IMG/VR virus record: IMGVR_UViG_3300042564_004142
Source: a virus
Strand: one strand, 5' to 3'
DNA: 35,737 nucleotides
The notes beneath the pieces were generated by a model that worked only from the letters and a program-made list of their open reading frames with translations, was not told the DNA's origin and did no database searches. The position numbers and the translations under genes are program-made. Positions 14,484-24,383 of this stretch are shown here, piece by piece (position 1 is the stretch's first letter; every line of letters begins with the position of its first letter).

Positions 14484-16171
14484 CAATACTGGACAGATGG
14501 AAGCAGGCGCGGGAACGTGACCGGGCTATGGCGGCGCGCGCCGGTCAATGGAGCGTAGCGAACCAGCCCGGCGGGGTGCGCCTGGTGAACAACCCCGGCG
14601 GCCAGGCGCTGCGTAATTACATGGCAGCCAGCACCGACCGGCTGGTGTCTGACTTGCAAGGTTATGTCTCTTATGCCTCGGGTAATGCCGAGGTTAGAAA
14701 TTCGTTACGCGTTATGCGGGCGCGGTCGCGCCAGTTGTCGCGTGACAATGAATATGCAAAACGGTTCTTGCAACTCCTGCGCAACAACGTGGTGGGGGCG
14801 CATGGCTTCAGTTTGCAAATGAAGGTGTATCGAACTCGCGGCGGCAAGCTCGATGATCTGGCGAATGTTGAAATTGAAGACGCTTATGCCGATATGTCGC
14901 GGGTGAATCACTTCACGGCCAGCGGCCACATGAGCCGGGCTGCGTTTGAGCGTTCCATTATTCATCATCTGGCGTGTGATGGCGAGGTGATCATTGAAAA
15001 ACTGGTCGGGCGCTTCAACCGTTTTGGTATTTGCTGGCGCTTGATTGACCCTGACTTGCTCGATGAAACCCTGAACGTCAAAAGCGGTGGCGCTCAGGCC
15101 GGGGTCGGGCAGTTGACTGATGGTGCTGAAATACGCATGGGGGTTGAGCGCAACAAGTACGGCAAGCCGGTAGCGTACTGGTTTCGTACCGGACACCCCG
15201 GCGATGACCTGTCGAGCGTGAATTCGACCCAGCGGCGGCGCGTTCCGGCTGACCGGATTATTCATCGTTTCCTGTCGGAAGAACTGCGTGCTGACACGGT
15301 GCGCGGTGTGCCCTGGCTGTATGCAGCCATGCGCCGGGTGGGTATGCTGGCCGGGTACGAGGAAGCGGTGCTGGTGGGTGCGCGGACCGGTGCGGCGCAG
15401 ATGGGCTTTTATATACCCCCCGACAAAGACGGCGGCGGCGTACTGGCCGAGGGTGATGCCCTGGCATCAGCAAAAGACGCTCAGGGCAACCTTTACACCG
15501 AAGCAGAGCCGGGGGCTTTTGGTGTTTTGCCAGCCGGGTGGGACTTCAAGACCTTTGACCCGGCTTACCCGAACGACAAGATGGAAGCGTTTTGCAAGCA
15601 CATGCTGCGCGCTTTCAGCGTGGGTGTGGGGGTTGATTACAACACCCTGGCGGGTGATATGGAAGGCGTAAGTCTGAGCACGATGCGGCACTCGGCCAAC
15701 ACAAACCGGGACTTTTACGAAGGCCTGCAACAGTGGATGCGTGAGCATGTTTGCGAGCCGATGTTCAGTGAATGGCTGTTGCTGGCCTTGAGCATGGGGC
15801 AAGTGGGCAAGCTGGCGCTCGATGGTCTGGAACGCTACAACAAACCTCGCTTCAATAGCCGACCGTGGCGCAGCCCGGACCCGCAGAAAGATGTGGCGGC
15901 TTCGGCGCAGGCGGTATCGCTCGGCATTTCGAGCCGGACAAGAATTTGTGCTGAGCGGGGCGAGGACTTTGAAGAGATTTTGCGCGAGCTGGCCGAAGAA
16001 GAAAACCTGGCGCGTGAACTGGGTGTGACCTTGAATGCGGAAGCGGCGTCGGCGCATAAAACGCCTGCGGTGGACGATGCGGGCAAGCCCGTGCCAGCGG
16101 GCGCGGAAAGTACAACAAAACCTAATGATGGAGGTGAAGATGCAAGCAGCGATGCTGGAACCGAAGACTGA
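14480..16171 (+). CDS. Portal protein, lambda gpB family
   Basis: Blocks align by eye to lambda gpB: GVGVDYNTLAGDMEGVSLSTMRHSANTNRDFY versus GLGVSYEQLSRNYAQMSYSTARASANESWAYF, and the C-terminal RGEDFEEIL versus RGDDYQEIF. Confidence 0.85.
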   Translation: MTILDRWKQARERDRAMAARAGQWSVANQPGGVRLVNNPGGQALRNYMAASTDRLVSDLQGYVSYASGNAEVRNSLRVMRARSRQLSRDNEYAKRFLQLLRNNVVGAHGFSLQMKVYRTRGGKLDDLANVEIEDAYADMSRVNHFTASGHMSRAAFERSIIHHLACDGEVIIEKLVGRFNRFGICWRLIDPDLLDETLNVKSGGAQAGVGQLTDGAEIRMGVERNKYGKPVAYWFRTGHPGDDLSSVNSTQRRRVPADRIIHRFLSEELRADTVRGVPWLYAAMRRVGMLAGYEEAVLVGARTGAAQMGFYIPPDKDGGGVLAEGDALASAKDAQGNLYTEAEPGAFGVLPAGWDFKTFDPAYPNDKMEAFCKHMLRAFSVGVGVDYNTLAGDMEGVSLSTMRHSANTNRDFYEGLQQWMREHVCEPMFSEWLLLALSMGQVGKLALDGLERYNKPRFNSRPWRSPDPQKDVAASAQAVSLGISSRTRICAERGEDFEEILRELAEEENLARELGVTLNAEAASAHKTPAVDDAGKPVPAGAESTTKPNDGGEDASSDAGTED

Positions 16172-18137
16172 ACTCAAGCTAGGCCGGCAGTGGCGGCACT
16201 TGAAAATAGACACCAGGGAAATTAACGAAGAGGAACGCACGGTTCCTCTTTCTTTTTCTAGCGAAGCACCTTATGAGCGCTGGTGGGGGGTCGAGATTTT
16301 AGGTCACAGCGGCGGCGAGGTCGATATGGCCTGGCTGAAAAGCGGCAATGCGCCCTTGCTGTCGAACCATGACACCGGGCAGCAGATTGGCGTGGTGCTG
16401 AGCGCCCAGATCGACACCGACCGCAAGGGTCGCGCTGTGGTGAAGTTTGGCAAGAATGCGCGCGCCGAGGAAGAGTGGCAGGACGTGCTGGCGGGTATCA
16501 GAACCAATGTCAGCGTCGGCTATGAAATTCGGGAGCTTGAGCTAGTCAAGCAAGAGGGTGATCAGAAAACTTATCGAGTGACCGATTGGCGGCCTCTCGA
16601 AGTGTCGCTCGTGTCTGTTCCGGCAGATATGGGTGTGGGTGTGGGTCGTCAAGGCTCGGAAGATGTAATTCAGGGTGTTCCTGTCATTGATAAACGTGAG
16701 CGCGCAAGCGCAGGAAAGGAAGAAGTAATGAATGGAGTAGCGGAAGTGAATGTTGAAGAGTTGCGCGTCCAGGCTCGCAACGAGGCAGCGAAGGCTGAAA
16801 AAGAACGTGTGACCGGCATATTGCAGCTCGGCACCCGGCATCATCTGCGCGAGATGGCTGAGAAGGCCGTCAATGACGGGGTGAGTATTGAACTGTTCCG
16901 TGGCCTGGTGCTGGATGAGCTGCACAAAAAAGGCTCGAATCAGCCTTTGGAGCAACCGGCGGCTGAAATTGGCTTGAGCAGCAAAGAAGCGGCGCAATTC
17001 AGTGTCGCGCGGTTTATGTTGTCGCTGGTTGACAAGAAGCCCGGCCTGGCACCGTTTGAGCATGAGTGCGCCCGCGCCGTGCGTGAGTCGCTGGACAAGC
17101 AAGGCTACCGTGGCCAGGGCAATGGCAACTTTTTGCCGTTCGAGGTCATGAAACAGTCATTGCCTGGTGTGCGTGTTGTCGATGGCCGCCTGATGATTGG
17201 CGACCGTGTAATTGCTTCGCAGCGCGACCTTGCCAGTTCGACGGTGGGTGCGGGTGGCGCGATGGTGGCCACTGACCTGCTGGCGGCTGACTTCATTACC
17301 TTTCTGCGCGCGGCTTCGCTGGTGCGCTCGGTGGGTGCCCGTGTGTTGCCCGGCCTGGTCGGTAACGTGGCTATTCCGCGTCAAAGCGGCAGCGTGACTG
17401 CCAACTGGGTGGCGCAAGCGGGTGCAAGCGCCGAGAGTGATGCGACGTTTTCTCAAGTGACGATGACCCCGCGTACCGCGCATGCCATTCAGGACGTGAC
17501 CCGCGACCTGTTGCTGCAAGGCACCCCGGCGGTCGAGGGTCTGGTACGTGCTGACCTGATTGAAGCGATGGCGACGCAGCTTGACTTTATTGCGCTGCAT
17601 GGCGCGGGCGCGAGCAACCAGCCCACCGGCCTGGCTTCTACGGCTGGCATTGGCTCGGTGGCGGGTGGTGCCAACGGCGCAGCCCCGACCTGGGACAACA
17701 TTGTTGACCTGGAATCTCAGGTGGCGAACAGCAATGCCCTGGGTGGTTCGGTAGGCTACCTGACTAACAGCCGTGTGCGTGGTCGCCTCAAGCGCACCCA
17801 AAAGTTTAGCGGCACCAATGGTCAGGAAATTTTCATGCAGGCCATGGCTGGTGATGACCCGGCACTGTTCGGCATGATTAACGGCTACCGGTGCGGCGTC
17901 AGTAACAACGTGTTGAGCAACCTGAACAAGGGGACCAGCACCGGCGTGTGTTCGGCCATTTTCTTCGGCAACTGGTCTGACCTGCTCATTGGTGAGTGGG
18001 GTACGGCTGAAATTCTGCCCGACGAAGTGACCCAGGCAGCGAACCGTATCATCCGCATGCACATTTACCAGACGCTTGACGTCGCGGTGCGCCGTCCGCA
18101 GAGCTTTGCGGCCATGCTTGACGCCTTGACGGTCTAA
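16140..18137 (+). CDS. Prohead protease (S78/HK97 type) - linker/scaffold - HK97-fold major capsid protein fusion
   Basis: Start at ATG 16140 after a GGAGG SD. N-terminal protease-like region (ERTVPLSFSSEAPYERWWG...LLSNHD), coiled linker, and a C-terminal HK97 MCP pattern (STVGAGGAMVATDLLAADFITFLR...). Confidence 0.8.
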   Translation: MQAAMLEPKTELKLGRQWRHLKIDTREINEEERTVPLSFSSEAPYERWWGVEILGHSGGEVDMAWLKSGNAPLLSNHDTGQQIGVVLSAQIDTDRKGRAVVKFGKNARAEEEWQDVLAGIRTNVSVGYEIRELELVKQEGDQKTYRVTDWRPLEVSLVSVPADMGVGVGRQGSEDVIQGVPVIDKRERASAGKEEVMNGVAEVNVEELRVQARNEAAKAEKERVTGILQLGTRHHLREMAEKAVNDGVSIELFRGLVLDELHKKGSNQPLEQPAAEIGLSSKEAAQFSVARFMLSLVDKKPGLAPFEHECARAVRESLDKQGYRGQGNGNFLPFEVMKQSLPGVRVVDGRLMIGDRVIASQRDLASSTVGAGGAMVATDLLAADFITFLRAASLVRSVGARVLPGLVGNVAIPRQSGSVTANWVAQAGASAESDATFSQVTMTPRTAHAIQDVTRDLLLQGTPAVEGLVRADLIEAMATQLDFIALHGAGASNQPTGLASTAGIGSVAGGANGAAPTWDNIVDLESQVANSNALGGSVGYLTNSRVRGRLKRTQKFSGTNGQEIFMQAMAGDDPALFGMINGYRCGVSNNVLSNLNKGTSTGVCSAIFFGNWSDLLIGEWGTAEILPDEVTQAANRIIRMHIYQTLDVAVRRPQSFAAMLDALTV

Positions 18138-18157
18138 TGATCTCTTAGGTGGACTTT

Positions 18158-18187
18158 GGGCGACTCGCAAGGGTCGCCCTTTTTTTC
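18158..18187 (+). terminator. Rho-independent terminator or attenuator after the capsid gene
   Basis: GGGCGAC-tcgcaagg-GTCGCCC followed by TTTTTTTT. Confidence 0.7.
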
Positions 18188-18205
18188 TTTCCAATTTTGG
18201 AGCCA

Positions 18206-18409
18206 ATGATGAAAAAACTCAGAATTACCTCGAACTGCCTGGTGCCCAGTAATGCTGGCATGAAAACAGCCTACATAGGCACCGTTGCTAACTTTGACGA
18301 TGATGTCGCCATACAACTACTGGCTGCCCAGCGTGCTGTCGTGGTGGCTGACGATGAAAAAGAAGTGGATACCACCAAACAGTTTGAAAAACCCGCGAAG
18401 GGCGAATGA
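18206..18409 (+). CDS. Small hypothetical head-module protein (67 aa)
   Basis: Start MMKKLRIT after a GGAG SD. The track start at 18149 runs through the terminator. Confidence 0.5.
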   Translation: MMKKLRITSNCLVPSNAGMKTAYIGTVANFDDDVAIQLLAAQRAVVVADDEKEVDTTKQFEKPAKGE

Positions 18410-18687
18410 TGCAGGAAGACCTGGGGGTATTCCTGGCCGACTTCGCCAAAACCTGCGTGGCCGGGGGCGTCACGTTTGTCGGGCTACTGGACCAGCCCGA
18501 TGATCTGATGAACCTGACCCGCGCCGATGCGCATAGTCGCCAGTACGAGCTGACCTACGTCACCGACTCAGTGACTCTGACCCGTGGCACGGCGGTCACG
18601 GTGGCTGGTGTGTCGTACCAGGTGCGTGAAGCCCCCCGGCAGTTAGATGATGGTGCGTTTAGCGCGGTCTTGTTGAGCCGGGTGTAG
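18406..18687 (+). CDS. Putative head-tail connector / head completion protein
   Basis: ATGA coupling. Size, position and a beta-rich pattern (VTLTRGTAVTVAGVSYQVRE...DDG) typical of small connector proteins. Confidence 0.4.
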   Translation: MMQEDLGVFLADFAKTCVAGGVTFVGLLDQPDDLMNLTRADAHSRQYELTYVTDSVTLTRGTAVTVAGVSYQVREAPRQLDDGAFSAVLLSRV

Positions 18688-18689
18688 CC

Positions 18690-19133
18690 ATGCCCAGCAA
18701 AGCTGAAACCATTTGTGCGCGGCTGAAGGTTGTAGCGGAAACCGCGCTGCCCGGTGTTCCGGTGTTCCGTGACCGCGAGGATGCCTTCACCCGTGAAGAA
18801 AGTCCGGCGCTACTGATTGAAGCGCTGGACGAGTCAAGCACTTCTCATGCAGGCGGGCAGCCGATGACCGGGGCGCTGGACATGGACGAGCTGCGGGTGG
18901 TGCTAACGGTGGTGGTACGGGGGCACGACTGGCAGACGCTAGGCGACGGCGTGCGGGTGACGTTGCACGCTGCGCTGATGGCTGATGCTGTCTTGCGCTC
19001 GTTTGTGCGCTTTCTGGCGCGTGACCGTTGCGAATGGCAGTCGGCCAATGCCGACTTGCCGTTTGGTTATATCGCGGCGACTTATAAATTCAAGTATTTA
19101 ACTTCAACCAGGGCGCTCGACGCGCAAATATAG
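18690..19133 (+). CDS. Putative neck / tail-completion protein
   Basis: Lies between connector and tail tube. N-terminal pattern I.ARLK......LPGVPVFRDRE resembles tail terminator/completion families. Confidence 0.35.
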   Translation: MPSKAETICARLKVVAETALPGVPVFRDREDAFTREESPALLIEALDESSTSHAGGQPMTGALDMDELRVVLTVVVRGHDWQTLGDGVRVTLHAALMADAVLRSFVRFLARDRCEWQSANADLPFGYIAATYKFKYLTSTRALDAQI

Positions 19134-19145
19134 AAAGGGAACATC

Positions 19146-19910
19146 ATGTATGTATTCGGCTCAGGTTTATTGTGGGGCACTCCCACGGCCAACGCGGACG
19201 GCACGGCCATTGCCAACCCGACCCCGTTGCTGTTCGGCACTTTGCAGGACACCGAGATAGATATCAAGTTTGAACTCAAGCAGTTGCACGGCCAGAACCA
19301 GTTTGCCGTCGCGGTCGGTCGCGGCAAAGGCACGGTGACGGGTAAGGCCAAAATGGCCTCACTCAATGCCGGGTTTTTAGAGACGCTGGTCTTTGGTACG
19401 TCTGGCGCCAACGGCCTGACGTCCGTGGTTTATGACACCACGGGCGCGGCTATTCCGGCGACGCCGTTTCAGATTACCGTGACACCTCCCAGCAGCGGCA
19501 CCTTTGCTGCCGACCTGGGGGTCATTGATGCCAGCAGCGGTCGTACTATGACCCGCGTGGCCAGCACGCCCGCAGCCGGTCAATATGCGGTCAATACGAC
19601 CACTGGCCAGTACACTTTTGCATCAGCCGATACGGGCAAGACCGTGTACATTAACTACCGCTACACGGCTACCAGCAGCACTGCGCGGCGTATTACCATG
19701 AACAACCGACCCATGGGCTACGCGCCGACATTTCGCGCGGACTTTTATGCGCCGTTCGACGGCCAGTCAGCCATATTCACTTTTAATAAGTGTATTAGCG
19801 ACGGCTTCAAAATGGCGAACAAAAATGATGACTTTGGTGTGCCGGAACTGGGCTTCACCGTGTTTGCTGATGCGGCGGGCGTTATCGGCACCATCAGTTT
19901 GACGGATTAA
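19146..19910 (+). CDS. Major tail (tube) protein
   Basis: AAAGGGA SD. 254 aa. Sits directly upstream of the G/GT chaperone pair. Confidence 0.55.
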   Translation: MYVFGSGLLWGTPTANADGTAIANPTPLLFGTLQDTEIDIKFELKQLHGQNQFAVAVGRGKGTVTGKAKMASLNAGFLETLVFGTSGANGLTSVVYDTTGAAIPATPFQITVTPPSSGTFAADLGVIDASSGRTMTRVASTPAAGQYAVNTTTGQYTFASADTGKTVYINYRYTATSSTARRITMNNRPMGYAPTFRADFYAPFDGQSAIFTFNKCISDGFKMANKNDDFGVPELGFTVFADAAGVIGTISLTD

Positions 19911-19914
19911 GCTC

Positions 19915-20286
19915 ATGACACTCAGGCACCGAGGCATCACCATTGACATCGGCGGCACCCCTTACGTGGTGCCAGCCATGTCTCTGGGCATTATTGAAGA
20001 CTTTCAGCCGCAGATTGACGCTTTTGAAGCCGGTACGCACGAGCGCCCGATGGGGCTGGTGCTGGACTTGCTGCATGCGTGTCTGCGGCGCAACTATCCA
20101 GACTTGCCGCGCGAGCTGCTGCGCGACTTTGTGGACATGGACAACTTTGCAGAGCTATTTGCCGTGGTCATGGGGTCGTCGGGCTACAAGCGCTGGCTGG
20201 AATCCGAGGCCAATGCGGGAAACGAACGCGCGCGTCAGACGCTGACGACTTTGAATGGGACTGGCGCGCCGTCTATGCCCACCTAG
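19915..20286 (+). CDS. Tail assembly chaperone (gpG-like)
   Basis: Lies between the tube and tape measure genes. Contains the slippery heptamer near its 3' end. Confidence 0.75.
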   Translation: MTLRHRGITIDIGGTPYVVPAMSLGIIEDFQPQIDAFEAGTHERPMGLVLDLLHACLRRNYPDLPRELLRDFVDMDNFAELFAVVMGSSGYKRWLESEANAGNERARQTLTTLNGTGAPSMPT

Positions 20287-20570
20287 CCACCTGCCTGGGC
20301 TGGACGTTCGATTATTGCCGCGACCACGTGACGCTGCATGATCTGCAAGGTCTGACCCGGTACTGGCGGCACTACCCTCCTACCCACATCAGCCTGGGTG
20401 CCATTGCGCGCGGGCTGGGAATGCAAAGCCGGGGCGAGGCCAAAAAACAGGCCACGACCGATATGAGTGAACTCGTTAATTTGATGGGGCGCGCTGAAAA
20501 GTTCAGGCCGCCGTGTCGCATGATAGAAACTCCAAACCATGAGCAATCAGGAAATCAAGTACACGATTAG
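19915..20570 (+). CDS. Tail assembly chaperone frameshift product (gpGT-like), -1 shift at 20217..20223
   Basis: The -1 frame stays open from the slip site to 20570 (..GKRTRASDADDFEWDWRAVYAHL..) and overlaps the tape measure start. Confidence 0.7.
20217..20247 (+). promoter_or_regulatory. Programmed -1 frameshift signal: G GGA AAC slippery heptamer plus downstream hairpin
   Basis: X XXY YYZ in the zero frame (GGA = 20218..20220). Hairpin CGTCAG-acg-CTGACG at 20233..20247, 9 nt downstream. Confidence 0.7.
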
Positions 20571-22944
20571 CGCCAACACCGCTGGCTTTGAGTCAGGCAT
20601 GCGTCAGGTACGGGCGTCGCTGCAAGGCATGCGTGACCAGTTTTCTGAGGTCGGCAAGGGCTTCGGCAACCTGTCTCAGAGCATGAAGGCGCAACTGGGC
20701 GAGATCTCGAAAAACATCAGCAGCAGTGTGTCGTCATCGGCAGGGGCGTTTTCGTCGCTGACTGACGCCATTGGTGGCACTCGTTTGGGCATGACGGCAT
20801 TCCTGGGCGTCGCGGCAGCGGTAGCGGCCAGCAAGCTGGCCAGCAGTTCGGCGGCCATGACCGAATCGGTCATGGACTTGGGGCGCGGCATGGGCGTAAC
20901 GACAAACGAGGCGCAAAAGTGGAAGCTGGCCGCCGAGGACGTGGGCGCGACCCAGGGCGACGTTGAAGCAGCGGCGAAAGGTTTGACCCGGCAACTCAAA
21001 GAAAACGAGGAAGACCTGAACAAACTGGGGCTGCGCACCCGTGACCTGAACGGCAACCTGCGCCCGATGAATGAGCTTTTGAGCGACGGCATTACGGTGG
21101 TGAATGGCTACAAGGAAGGCACCGACCGCGCCCAGGCGGCGCAGGCCATATTTGGCCGTGGGGTCGATGGGTCGAGTCGGGTGCTGATGGTCAACAAGGA
21201 GCTATTGTCGGAAATGGACGCCGAGGCCAGTAAGCTGGGCTTGACCGTGGGCGCTGACGCGGTGCAAAACTTCAAGGAATTTGATACAGCCGTCGATGGG
21301 GGAGGGCGCGCCATGCGTGGCCTGGGCAATACCATTGGACAAATATTGATGCCGGTTATTACCGATCTGGTCAATGTCTTTCGTGACATTATGCCTGCGG
21401 CCATCACCGTGGTTCGGGGTGCTTTGGGGGGGCTGGTGTCGGCGTTTCACCTGGTTAAAAATGGTGTGGTGACGGTTTGGGAAGTTATCAATGCTATGGT
21501 CGTGACTGTTGCTGAGCCTATCCGGGCGCTGGCCGAGGCCATTGGCCGGGCTATTACGGGCGACTTCAAGGGCGCGGCTGATGCCATTCGTGGTATTGGC
21601 ACGAATATTGGTAACGCCTGGGAAAACGCCATGAACAAAATGGCCGAGTCTTCGCAAAAGACCCGTGATCGTATCGCGGCCATTTTTATGGATGACACTC
21701 TGGCGGGTAATGCTGGCGGTGCCATGGGCGACAAAGGTTTTAATGCGCCGGGAGGAAAAAAAGAAGCCGCCCCGAGGGCTGTTAAGGAAGTCAAAGGCAT
21801 GTCTGACAAAGAGCTTGAGCGTCAGCAAATGGCGGGTTTTGAGGAAATGCTGGCGCTGGAGCGCCGGGCGGCGGTGCAAAAAGATGCGCTGCGCGACTAT
21901 ACCAAAGAGCAGGAACTGGCTTTCTGGCGCGAACGTCTCAACACCGAAATGATGATGGGCAATAACAAACTCATTATCTCCAAGAAAGTAGCCGATCTGG
22001 AGGTGGCGGTGTGGAAAGAGCAGGCCAAGCAGCAGCAGGGCTTGCGTCTAGAGGATGCCAGGGCGCGGCAGGAAGGCGCGCTTTCTGCGGTCGATGCTGC
22101 GCGTCAAGAAGCCCAGGCGCAGCTTGATCTGGGAATGATTACGCAGCAGCAAATGCTCGAAATGGAGCGCGGCTTTGAAGAGCAAAAGCTGGAAATCCGT
22201 CGCGCCTATTTGCAGGCCAGACTGGCCGAAATAGACCCCGAGCGTGACCCAGTTGCTTATGCTCAAATTAGTAATCAAATTGAAGAGCTTGAGCGCCAGC
22301 ATCGGTTGCGCCTGCGGCAAATACAAATTGAGATTCAGAAAAATTCGCCCGCCGAAAATGTCTGGCAGGGCATGCGTAATTCATTCGAGGGTGCGCTGAC
22401 GGGTATGTTGTCCGGCCAGCAGAAATTCAGCCAGGCCATGAAAAATTTGTGGCAAGGTATTCGTCAAAGTATTGCCGCGGAAATTGCCAAAATTATTACT
22501 GCCAAGGTCGCCGCATTCATGCGAGAGCGAGTTTTGGGTGTGGCCGAGGTGGGTCTGAATGCTGTTAAGGCTGGCTCCGGCGCTGCGGCTTCGCAGGCCA
22601 ATATTCCTATTGTCGGTCCTGCTATGGCCTTGGCTGCCATGGCAAGCGTCATGGGCGCGGTCTTGGGCTTGACTGGAAGTATTCCCAGTGCGGCCAAAGG
22701 CTGGAGCATTCCCGCCGGGGTCAACCCCATTACCCAGTTGCACGAGCAGGAAATGGTACTGCCTGCGGCTGAGTCGAACGTCATACGCTCGCTGGCCGAG
22801 CGCGGTGGTGCTGGTGCGGGGGGTAATGTGACGGTGGAACTTCGCGGCGCTAGTGCGGGTGAGTTCTTCATTTCCAACAAGCGAGAACTGGCCGAGGCGT
22901 TGCGCGTGGCCATGCGCGAGGGTCATGGGCTGCGTCGTTCATGA
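20539..22944 (+). CDS. Tail tape measure protein (801 aa)
   Basis: Size, position after G/GT, Ala/Gly-rich helical composition, and a hydrophobic segment near the C-terminus (PIVGPAMALAAMASVMGAVLGL). Confidence 0.85.
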   Translation: MSNQEIKYTISANTAGFESGMRQVRASLQGMRDQFSEVGKGFGNLSQSMKAQLGEISKNISSSVSSSAGAFSSLTDAIGGTRLGMTAFLGVAAAVAASKLASSSAAMTESVMDLGRGMGVTTNEAQKWKLAAEDVGATQGDVEAAAKGLTRQLKENEEDLNKLGLRTRDLNGNLRPMNELLSDGITVVNGYKEGTDRAQAAQAIFGRGVDGSSRVLMVNKELLSEMDAEASKLGLTVGADAVQNFKEFDTAVDGGGRAMRGLGNTIGQILMPVITDLVNVFRDIMPAAITVVRGALGGLVSAFHLVKNGVVTVWEVINAMVVTVAEPIRALAEAIGRAITGDFKGAADAIRGIGTNIGNAWENAMNKMAESSQKTRDRIAAIFMDDTLAGNAGGAMGDKGFNAPGGKKEAAPRAVKEVKGMSDKELERQQMAGFEEMLALERRAAVQKDALRDYTKEQELAFWRERLNTEMMMGNNKLIISKKVADLEVAVWKEQAKQQQGLRLEDARARQEGALSAVDAARQEAQAQLDLGMITQQQMLEMERGFEEQKLEIRRAYLQARLAEIDPERDPVAYAQISNQIEELERQHRLRLRQIQIEIQKNSPAENVWQGMRNSFEGALTGMLSGQQKFSQAMKNLWQGIRQSIAAEIAKIITAKVAAFMRERVLGVAEVGLNAVKAGSGAAASQANIPIVGPAMALAAMASVMGAVLGLTGSIPSAAKGWSIPAGVNPITQLHEQEMVLPAAESNVIRSLAERGGAGAGGNVTVELRGASAGEFFISNKRELAEALRVAMREGHGLRRS

Positions 22945-23522
22945 GCAACGCTGTTTACCCCGCTTTTTCTGGTCAGGCCTGGCCGGTGTCGCGTGAGCTT
23001 CAATTCAAGACGCTGCGCTACGAGTCGGCGTCGGGGCGGCGTGTGACGCTTGCAAAAATGTTTTATCCGCTGCGGCGCATTACGCTGAAATATGCCTACC
23101 TGAGCCCAGACGACTATGAAACCATGCGTGCGTTTTATATGGCGCGGCTGGGCGCGGCTGATGATTTTCTGTTCGACGATATCGACGACAACACGGTCAC
23201 GTCGCCTCAAGTGGTAGGTCTGGGTGATGGTACAAACAAGCAGTTTCAGTGTGTGCGCAACCTGGGCGGCTTCGTCGAGCCGGTTTATGCGGTCAAGCCG
23301 GGCGCGGTGGTGCGCGTAAATGGGGTCACGGCCAGCGGCTGGGCTATTAACGACACGGGCTTGCTCACTCTGGCAACCGCCCCGGCCAATGGTCATAGTG
23401 TGGACTGGACGGGCGGGTTTTATTACCGGGTGCGGTTTGACCGCGACCTGATGGAGTTTGAGGAGTTCATGCAGGACTTTTTCGAGGCTAAAAAAGTAGA
23501 GCTGGTGAGTTTCAAGCCATGA
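22941..23522 (+). CDS. Minor (distal) tail protein, gpM / GTA g12-like
   Basis: ATGA coupling to the tape measure gene. N-terminal YPAFSGQAWPVSRE..FKTL..ESASGRR pattern of this family. Confidence 0.55.
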   Translation: MSNAVYPAFSGQAWPVSRELQFKTLRYESASGRRVTLAKMFYPLRRITLKYAYLSPDDYETMRAFYMARLGAADDFLFDDIDDNTVTSPQVVGLGDGTNKQFQCVRNLGGFVEPVYAVKPGAVVRVNGVTASGWAINDTGLLTLATAPANGHSVDWTGGFYYRVRFDRDLMEFEEFMQDFFEAKKVELVSFKP

Positions 23523-24382
23523 TCAATAACCCTACATTACTGGCCTGGCTGGCGACAAATCCCACCGCCATCCGGTTTGACTGCTGGACGGTGGCACCGC
23601 GCCTGGGCGCGTTGCTGCAATGGACGGACGGCGACGAGGATGTGGTCATACCGGGAACGCCTGCCAGAACCTTTGTGCGCCTGCCTTTAATCGAGCGCGG
23701 GAAGCTCAAGCGCAGCCTGGGTTTGTCGGTCGATGAATTGACGCTGGACTTGCGCTTTCCTGCGGGCGCTACCATTGATGGTGTGGCGGCCATGTTGCAT
23801 GCGCAGCGTGGCGGGTTTGATGGTGCCGAGGTGCAGTTGGAGCGGGTTTATTATGATCTGACGCGCAGCTTTAAGGGCAGCATGGTGCAGTTCATTGGAC
23901 GGGTCGGGGTGGTGGAAGTAGAGCCGCCGTCAGTCAGAATGCCCGTCAAAAGCGAACTGAACCGGCTCAACGTGATGATGCCGCGCAACACTTACATTCC
24001 GTCATGCGTGAACGATGTTTATGACGTGGCCTGCGGTTTGTCAAAGACCGCTTTTTCTGTCAACGGCACCGTCACGGCGGTCAATGGCAGTCGGGTCTGG
24101 CTGCAAAGTGGTTTAAGCCAGGCCGCCGGGTATTTCAACAAGGGCGTTTTAGAGTTTACTTCGGGCGCTAATCTGGGGCAAACCCGTACTGTCAAAAGTT
24201 ATTCGGGTGGGGTGTTCGAGTTTGCCTTGCCTTTTTGGGAACCCATCGCGGTCGGCAACACCTTCAAGGTGCGGCCTGGCTGCAACAACACCATGAGCGA
24301 TTGCCGCGACAAATTCAACAACCTGTTGCGCTATCGCGGCACGCCGTTTGTTCCGACGCCAGAAACGGCGCTGGCTGATTGA
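23519..24382 (+). CDS. Minor tail protein, gpL / GTA g13-like (BR0599-type C-terminus)
   Basis: C-terminal CNNTMSDCRDKFNNLLRYRGTPFVP motif typical of the DUF2163/BR0599 family. Confidence 0.6.
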   Translation: MINNPTLLAWLATNPTAIRFDCWTVAPRLGALLQWTDGDEDVVIPGTPARTFVRLPLIERGKLKRSLGLSVDELTLDLRFPAGATIDGVAAMLHAQRGGFDGAEVQLERVYYDLTRSFKGSMVQFIGRVGVVEVEPPSVRMPVKSELNRLNVMMPRNTYIPSCVNDVYDVACGLSKTAFSVNGTVTAVNGSRVWLQSGLSQAAGYFNKGVLEFTSGANLGQTRTVKSYSGGVFEFALPFWEPIAVGNTFKVRPGCNNTMSDCRDKFNNLLRYRGTPFVPTPETALAD

Positions 24383-24383
24383 T

